The notes under the pieces are model-generated. The model ran no database searches. It was given only the letters and a program-made list of their open reading frames with translations, and was not told the DNA's origin. A stretch of 64,000 nt of DNA, taken from assembly GCF_006345805.1 (NCBI RefSeq), contig NC_043002.1, forward strand, positions 95,108,001-95,172,000. Reading direction: 5' to 3'. The DNA is from Octopus sinensis (Eukaryota). How positions within the stretch are numbered: the first letter of the stretch is position 1; each line of letters starts with the position of its first letter. Position numbers and translations under genes: made by a program. This document shows, in pieces, positions 56,385 through 64,000 of the stretch.

Positions 56385-56441
56385 CATGCTACTAATGGTT
56401 TCATATGTTGAGAACTACCTCAAACATATTCATCAGGCATG
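56385..56441 (-). ncRNA. Type I minimal hammerhead ribozyme motif
   Basis: CAUGC-CUGAUGA-[AUAUGUU U GAGG UAGU UCUC AACAUAU]-GAAAC-CAUUA-GUA-GCAUG; 5-bp stem I, ~11-bp stem II, GUA cleavage triplet. Confidence 0.8.
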
Positions 56442-56779
56442 AACCACTTGTCATATCAAACTAAAAAGTGAATGAGAGAAGAACGCAAACAGCTGAGAAG
56501 GAAGCATGTACAAAAACATGAAAGATTAAAAAAATAGAAAATGAGAAAGTAAAAATTAAAAAGTAAAAATTCTACCTATACCTCATTAACTTTTTCATAT
56601 CTTGCCAGCCTTATAATATTTAAGGTCTAAGAAAGATAACTCTTTTACCTTTTTCACTTTCTAATTTTTCTTCGCTTTCTGTTTTCCATTTTTTAACCTC
56701 CATGTTTTCTATATGCTTCCTTCTCAACTGTTTGCGTTTCTTCTCTCATTCAATTTTTAGTTCATTATGATATGTGGTT

Positions 56780-56836
56780 CATGCCTGATGAATATGTCTG
56801 GGGTATTTCTCAATATATGAAACCATTAATAGTACA
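56780..56836 (+). ncRNA. Degenerate hammerhead motif (partner arm of 56385-56441)
   Basis: CATGC-CTGATGA-atatgtctggggtatttctcaatatat-GAAAC-cattaATA-gtaca; cleavage site and stem I 3' strand mutated. Confidence 0.6.
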
Positions 56837-57273
56837 TAACATATATTGTGTCTATTAAATAATATATATTTCTCACCAGATACAGTTCTTTTTTTGTTGA
56901 TTTTTACCATCATGAAACAATACTCTAAGGTAGCCCACGGGCATCGTCACCTCATTTTACATGTCCCTGTAAATTTTGGAGTGAATCGGACGGGATGTAG
57001 TGGCATTGAAAGCGATCCAAGCGGTAAAAATGCATTTCAGTTTTATATATAGAGATATACATATATGCCGGTGGCACGTAAAAAGCACCCACTACACTCA
57101 CGGAGTGGTTGGCGTTAGGAAAGGCATCCAGCTGTAGAAACACTGCCAGATCAGACTGGGCCTGGTGCAGCCTTCTGGCTTCCCAGACCCCAGTTGAACC
57201 GTCCAACCCATGCCAGCATGGAAAGCGGACGTTAAATGATGATGATGATGATATATATATATATATACGTATG

Positions 57274-57598
57274 AAGAATAAAAAGTTTTGAATGACACAA
57301 CAATGCATTATAATACAAACAATGGGCTATATACTTGTAATTTAGTCATCCATAGTCTGATATGATATTTTGGAATAAAATTCCTTCTTCAGATATTCTT
57401 AGATGGAGTCGCTGCTCTAATCAGTTTTCCAACGGCTTTTCTTCTTTATTATAGCGGTGATTCCATCTAAAAATATCTGAAGAAGGAATTTTATTCCGAA
57501 ATATCATATCAGACTATGGCTGACTAAATTACAACAGGTATATAGCTCATTGTTTGTATTATAGTGCATTGTTGTACCATTCAAAACTTTTTATTCTT
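57274..57598. mobile_element. Fold-back element with ~145-bp inverted arms (probably PLE-derived)
   Basis: AAGAATAAAAAGTTTTGAATG... versus ...CATTCAAAACTTTTTATTCTT; short spacer; between TA tracts. Confidence 0.8.
57473..57509 (+). ncRNA. PLE-type variant hammerhead motif
   Basis: ATAT-CTGAAGA-A-GGAAT ttt ATTCC-GAAA-TA-TC-ATAT; resembles a CpG-decayed ACGT-CTGAAGAAGG..CCGAAACGTC-ACGT; - strand partner at 57360-57396 has GAAA>AAAA. Confidence 0.65.
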
Positions 57599-57640
57599 TA
57601 CAAACAATGCACAGTGCTTCAAGCGAACTACAATACTCTC

Positions 57641-57671
<31 letters not shown>

Positions 57672-58921
57672 TGCACATATGTGTGTGTGTTTATATAGAT
57701 TTATTGACTGCAGGATTTAAACTTCTAGTGCAATGAAAAATGACTAAAAGAAACAGCAGAAGGTCAGAATTTGTCTGACCCTGCAGTTATCACCAATTCA
57801 CAATCCTTTTGCACATTATATACTACTGAAAACATTTCAGAGCTATTAAATGCTGTCAATTAATAATACCTGTCTGTATATTTCACACTTTGTATTTTAC
57901 AATTAAATAGTAATTACTTTGTCAGGTATATCTTGAGAAATAACAATGGTTTCTTGGTTTAATTATCACAACTGCCACCTTATGTAATTAAAGTAGTATA
58001 TTACTCAAGACGTATTTTTACTCAGCAGATGCTGCTTGTAAAGAATCAACCTTGTTAATGGTTATTGTAATCAAGGACAAAATCTTGAAACTAAAGTTTT
58101 AAATATACAGATGGTAGAGGAATGATTGTGACAACAGGTAAAGGTTCTTATTGGGGTACTGATAAAAAAAAAATTACTCAAGTTTAGACTACTTTCCTAG
58201 CCAAAAGAAAGGAACAGCAACTTCTTCAAAAGGCATAAAGGTAGTACATGTTTAGCAAGAGGATAGGACTCTGTCAACAAGAAGCCTGGACAAGAAGAGA
58301 AAACATAACACTGCTGAAGGTCACCTGGTTAAATTTCTTGCAGGCTATCATTTATTGCACCAGATACCTGATCCTGGCTGTCTGTGATGCCTAACCAAGC
58401 AAGACAAACCACCTAGGAGGCAAAAGTGAAGCACCTTCCTCTTCATTCTGTGTGCTGGAAGACTGTTCCTTCAACACTTCCCCAGTCACTACCCCTAAAC
58501 CTTGTTGATGACTGTCACTGCTGATGCCATGATGAGGGGATCAAGTTAGTTACAGAGGTGTCACTATGGCTGTTCAGTCCAGTAAACACTACCCTAACAA
58601 AGTAATCATCACTTTGCTCAAAGCTGGTGAGAAGATATGTCCATAGAAACTGATAAGTCTATGGCCTACATTTACAACCGCTGACTGGCAGCTGAGAGTG
58701 GATCTTATTAAACAAATTAAGTTTCCTGATCACACTCATATAAATAGCCTGCCTATATTTGACCATGTCAGATTCCACCAAGTATGTAATTAAATGAGAA
58801 CACATGGAGGAGACACATGCAAAAAAGCTCACCAAGTACCAGGATCTGGTAGAGCAGGGCAAAAATTGATACTGTGGATTTACTGTGGGCAAATTGACAA
58901 TGCTTGCTGTGAATCTTTTGT

Positions 58922-59312
58922 GGATCTTTTCGGTTTGAACGGTATTTTTTTCTAGCGGTGTCATATGAAATTGTCACCCATAATTATGACCCTAGTATCG
59001 ATCTATTGCATTTCAATCTTTTTTAGGGTTAGGGGGAAGGGTATCTTTTTTTCTTCCCAAATGTAAATAAACCCAATCCGTTTCTTAAACGAGGGACATA
59101 TTCATACGGCACAGAATGTTTTTTACTTCAATAGACGTCAGTGATTGGTTGAAATGGCAGAAATTGAAGAAAAAAACAACAAATATCTTACAAACTATAG
59201 AATTTTCTCAATAAAGCCAAGAGAAAAAGATATTTTATAATCACATTCTACCAGTATACGAAGTTTAAAATTTTTTAGTTACCTAGAAATTGTTAAAAAC
59301 TGCCGTTCAAAT
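58922..59312. mobile_element. Second copy of the same MITE, opposite orientation, right TIR truncated
   Basis: GGATCTTTTCGGTTTGAACGG ... AAAACTGCCGTTCAAA. Confidence 0.8.
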
Positions 59313-60004
59313 CTCTAACAGGGCTTTGAATTACAAATGCAATGAGGAGAGTGAGGGTACTAAAGCTATCAAGTGGCTTTCAATAAAGACATAAGCCAAT
59401 GATCGCTTGTTGCTACCCGGGTGCAAGCTGAAGCTTGATCAAGCTTAAATGGGTTGACTTTACAAAGGAATTTGATATTGAAAGGTTCAAATGGCCAAAT
59501 GACATTAGGAATATCATTAACGATGTATCCAGTCCATATCAAAGATATATATCTTATAACAGATGTGTGTGTGCATGTATATATAAACATATATAAATAC
59601 ATATATGAGTGTGCATGTTTATATATTTTTGTGTGTGTATATATATACGCACACATACACAATATAAACATACAAATACATGATGTGTGTGTGAGCTTGT
59701 TTATGTATTTGTGTATGTATCTATAATATTAATACACTAACTTTTGTTTTTGTATGTACCTGTGTTGTGTGTCACACTTCAAAGAAGTAGCAGAGCGAGA
59801 GAGAGGAGGACAGAGAGAAAGAAAGAGAGTGGTGCCGGCGTTCATCGCAAGTGAAGTAGATACATAGATAGATATACACATTCTTAAATCAAAAGCGGGA
59901 GAGAAGAGGGACACAAAGGAAGTGAAGAAGAAAGAGAGAGTGAGAAGGACAGTAGATACACACAGCAAATATTGGATGTCAATTTTGCTTTTTGAAGACA
60001 ACTA

Positions 60005-60421
60005 GCATCTTTTCGGTTTGAACGGCAGTTTTTAACATAATTTCTAGGTAACTAAAAAATTTTAAACTTCGTTTACTGGTAGAATGTGTTTATAAAATAT
60101 CTTTTTCTCTTGGCTTTATTGAGAAAATTCTATAGTTTGTAAGATATTTGTTGTTGTTTTTCTTCAGTTTCTGCAATTTCAACCAATCACTGACGTCTAT
60201 TGAGGTAAAAAAACATTTTGTGCCGTATGAATATGTCCCTCGTTTAAGAAACAAATTGGGTTTATTTACATTTGTGAAGAAAAAATATACCCTTCCCCCC
60301 ACCCCTAACCCTAACCCTAAAATAGATTGAAATACAATAGATCGATTCTAGGGTCATAATTATGGATGACAATTTCATATGACACCACTAGAAAAAACTG
60401 CCGTTCAAACCGAAAAGATCC
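60005..60421. mobile_element. MITE with ~29-bp TIRs and 8-bp TSD (Merlin-like)
   Basis: GACAACTA|GCATCTTTTCGGTTTGAACGGCAGTTTTT ... AAAAACTGCCGTTCAAACCGAAAAGATCC|GACAACTA; internal CCCTAA repeats. Confidence 0.85.
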
Positions 60422-60702
60422 GACAACTAAAACAATTTCAGTCAATTTCTTTATTAACCATGAGGTTGAGAAAAAGAGGGAGCCAGTGGCAAAGCAACAG
60501 ATAGGAAGGAAGAAAGAGAGAGAGAGAGAGAGACACTTACTGTCTGTCTGCCTCACTCTCTAGGTATGTGTTTGTGTATGTTTGTGCATGTATGTGTATG
60601 TTTGTCTGTATTTGTTTGTATGATGATCTCTCTCCATATACCAACAAACCACAAAATCGCACCAGCCAGCATCACCACTACCTCTAAGCCTGTTATATAT
60701 AT

Positions 60703-60752
<50 letters not shown>

Positions 60753-61382
60753 ATGTATGCGTTTGTGTTTGTCCCACCACCAACATTGCTTGACAACCGA
60801 TGTTGGCGCGTTTGCATCCCTGTAATTTAGCTGTTCAGCAGAAGAGACTGACAAAATAAGCACCAGGCTTACAGGGAATAAGTCCAGGAGTCAAGTTTTT
60901 CGACTAAAGGTGGTGCTCTAGCATGGCCACCATCAAATGGCTGAAACAAGTAAAAGAATAAAAGAATACCAGGAAAACGTTCTGTACCACTAAACCAAGA
61001 AGCTTCTTTGAATATGTTCGATATATTTTAAGGTTAAATAGTTAATTCTGGTAAGACTTCCATCCGCGCCCCACCTCCAAAAAAACCCACCCTTTTCTTA
61101 GTTTTTTTTCGACACAAACCCCACTTTACAGAAAGGGGCTAAACACAGAGAGGACAAACAAGGACAGACAAACAGATTAAGTCAATTATATCAACCCCAG
61201 TGCATAACTGGTACTTATTTAATCAACCCCGAAAGGATATGAAAGGCAAAGTCGTCCTCGACAGAATTTGAACTCTGAACGTAGCAGCAGACGAAATACC
61301 GCTGAGCATTTCACCTGGCATGCTAACGTTTCTGCCAGCTCGCTGCCCTTGCTACAGGGAATACAAGTCTGCAAAAAAATGT

Positions 61383-61700
61383 GCAAAAATCAGCATTTTT
61401 AAATTACCACCCCACCCCATTCCCTTCGTTTTTAACTTTCTTCAGAAATTTTTTTTTCAAAATATGCGGAAAAATATGGAAATTATGATTCTGAAAAAAT
61501 TTTCCAAAAATTTTTTTTAAGATTTTTTTTTTTTTCTGAATATGCAGAAAAATAAGTACATTATGATTTGGACAAAAATTTGAAAACATTTCTGTAGTTA
61601 TGGTTAGGGTTAGGATTTTAGGGTGTTAGGGTTAGTGTTGGGGAAAATGTAAAAATTGAAGAATAGGGGTGGGTGATTTAAAAATGCCAATTTTTGGCAA
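61383..61700. mobile_element. MITE-like element with imperfect inverted ends and TTAGGG-like repeats
   Basis: AAAAATCAGCATTTTTAAATTACCACCCACCCC versus GGGGTGGGTGATTTAAAAATGCCAATTTTT. Confidence 0.55.
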
Positions 61701-62431
61701 TTTTCCAGAACCTCCGTATCCAAAAAAAATTTTTAAATTAACAAATTTGGGAGAAAATGGGTAGGGGCAGAAGTATTTTCATAATTCCGTTTACGTTTGT
61801 GTAACTGAGATATTTTGATTGGATTATATAGTCATTGGTGTTACATTACTTTCTATATTCTGTAACTGCCACAATATACTTTTCTAGGCCTGAAATTTTT
61901 GTGGGGAAGAGGCCAGTTGATTAGATCGACCGCAGTACACAACTGGTACTTAATTTATTGAGCCCCAAAGGATGAAAAGCAAAGTTGACTTCGGCAGAAT
62001 TTGAACTCAGAACTTAAAAACAGTCGGTCATAATATAAAAACATTTCTCATCACACCAGTATACTGTTTACAGATGCTTACATTTTTAATGTTTTCCGTG
62101 AATTTTTCACAGGTCCAGCTAGTACCTATAAATACACAAACATGCACATACAAACACACATACACATACATGTGCATATGCATATATATGTGTGTGTGTG
62201 TAGGTGTGTGTGTGTGGGTGTACAAGTATGTACATGAATATGTATATGCATGCAACAGATGCTATTTGTAATGAATCAACCTTGTTAATCAATGATAACA
62301 TCTCGTATTTTAGCATGTATGTGTGTGTGTGTGTGTGTGTGTACTGTTTCAGTCATTACTCAGTATTTATGACCATTGTTGAGAATAGACATGAAAACCA
62401 AACTGATGCCACTTCTTTGCATTGAGAGGTC

Positions 62432-63235
62432 ACAGCTTCAGTGCTATTGAAATGCTATTAGAATATTGCCAGAAAGGATTTCAAAACGGATTATTCAAGC
62501 TGAGCCAACTGAGGTAGCCAAAGGTTGAAATGGTTGGGTAATGTTTATCCCCACTTAAACGTGGACAAAACATTAGAACAAACTTTACTGCGGTAGATAT
62601 CATGAGAGAAGCTCCCATATTGGCTTTTTGTGCAAATGCAAGAGTTTCTCACATCATATATGGTGCAAAATAAGGTGGCGAGCTGGCAGAAACGTTAGCA
62701 CGCCGGGTGAAATGCGTAGCCGTATTTCGTCTGTCGTTACGTTGCAAGTTCAAATTCCACCGAGGTCGACTTTGCCTTTCATCCTTTCGGGGTTGATAAA
62801 TTAAGTACCAGTTACGCACTGGGGGTCGATGTAATCGACTTAATCCGTTTGTCTGTCCTTGTTTGTCCCCTCTATGTTTAGCCCCTTTTGAGTAATAAAG
62901 AAATAGGTATTTGGTGCAAAATATGAAGGTGTCTTTCATGGTATCTGCTATAGTTTGTTCATGGTATCTACCATAGTTTGTTCTCACAGAACATCCAGGT
63001 TGAAGTGGGGATAAAAATGACCTCCGTCCAACAATTTCATTCTTTGTCTACCTCGGTTTCTCTCATGATATCTTCTGCAGTACATTTGTTCTAATGTTTT
63101 GTCCACGTTTAAGAGGGGATAAACATTACCCAACCACTTCAATCTCTGGCTGCCTCAGTTGGCTCAGCTTGAACAATTCATTTTGAAGTCCTTTCTGGCA
63201 ATATTCTAATCACATGTCCGTAGTACTGAAGCTGT
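62432..63235. mobile_element. Inverted pair of RTE 3' fragments with a SINE in the spacer
   Basis: 62432-62610 versus 63058-63235; right arm on - strand reads QLQYYGHVIRILPERTSK*IVQAEPT. Confidence 0.75.
62673..62911 (+). mobile_element. tRNA-headed SINE (family C) with 12-bp TSD; copies ~3440-3860, 3930-4350, 12170-12355, 15045-15250, 19148-19300, 35280-35408, 61130-61347(-), 61880-62020(-)
   Basis: TSD TGGTGCAAAATA at 62661 and 62912; GTTCAAATTCC B box; GTCGACTTTGCCTTTCATCCTTTCGGGG body. Confidence 0.85.
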
Positions 63236-64000
63236 CGTCCTGTTAGTCTATCTCCATAAATATGTGTGTCCGTATATCTGTCTCTCTGTCTATGTATAAT
63301 GTCTGTCAAGCCATCTGTCTTTTTGACTGTCTGTCAGTATGTCAAGCTTCATGTGAGTATGTCTATCTTTCTATCTGTATATCTGTCTATCTTCTCTCTC
63401 TCTCCGCTTACCTATCTGTCTACTTTTGTATGTATATCTATGTATATATCAAAATCGAAATCGATCAACATCAATAGAAATTGTAGCTGTGGTACCAGTG
63501 CTGGTGGCACGTAAGGGAACCATCCGAATGTGGCCATTGCCAGCGCCGCCCCGACTGGCCTCCGTGCCGGTGGCATGGAAAAAGCACCATCCGATCGTGG
63601 CCGTTGCTAGCCTCGCCAGGTCTCCGTGCCGGTGGCACGTAAAAAGCACCATCCGATCGTGGCCGTTTGCCAGCCTCGTCTGGCACATAAAAAGCACCCA
63701 CTACACTCATGGAGTGGTTGGCGTTAGGAAGGGCATCCAGCCGTAGAAACATTGCCAGATCAGACTGGGCCTGGTGCAGCCTTCTGGCTTCCCAGACCCC
63801 AGTTGAACCATCCAACCCATGCTAGCATGGAAAGCACATGCTAAACGATGATGATGATGATATATGTATGTGTGTGTATATATATATATATATATATAAT
63901 ATATATATATGTATAATGTCTTATATATATATAATGTCTTAAGGATGTATCATGCGCGGGGACATAGAATACCCGATCGCGCGGTTAAACCATTGGGAGT

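Larger units (their letters stand above)
56358..56860. mobile_element. Fold-back element with ~210-bp imperfect inverted arms (probably PLE-derived)
   Basis: TTTAATAGACACA...GAGAGAAGAACGCAAACAG versus CTGTTTGCGTTTCTTCTCTC...TGTGTCTATTAAA; flanked by TA repeats. Confidence 0.8.

Noticed and set aside
58300-59540. Possible decayed LINE RT on - strand
   Set aside because: Only faint motif resemblance; not supportable without a search

Overview
AT-rich, microsatellite-dense eukaryotic DNA. The repeat content points to a coleoid cephalopod, probably Octopus (inference). The window is mostly intronic or intergenic, and nearly all listed ORFs are microsatellite or repeat artefacts. Gene evidence is limited to a few candidate + strand exons, the best being 46344-46460 (signal-peptide-like, GC donor). 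Transposon content includes three tRNA-headed SINE families, 3' fragments of RTE, L1/Tx1-like and R4/Dong-like LINEs, an internally deleted mariner, two non-autonomous Helitrons, piggyBac-like and Merlin-like MITEs, and decayed Penelope-like (PLE) GIY-YIG remnants. The main finding is a ~558-bp tandem array of 7 units plus an inverted 1.4-unit arm (47161-51826), embedded in (TA)n. Each unit carries a type I minimal hammerhead ribozyme motif with a palindromic stem III, which fits a retrozyme or PLE pseudo-LTR-like self-cleaving RNA array. Three further unrelated fold-back elements in (TA)n tracts at 55.6-57.6 kb carry complete, variant or half hammerhead motifs facing outward. All folds were read by eye and none were computed.
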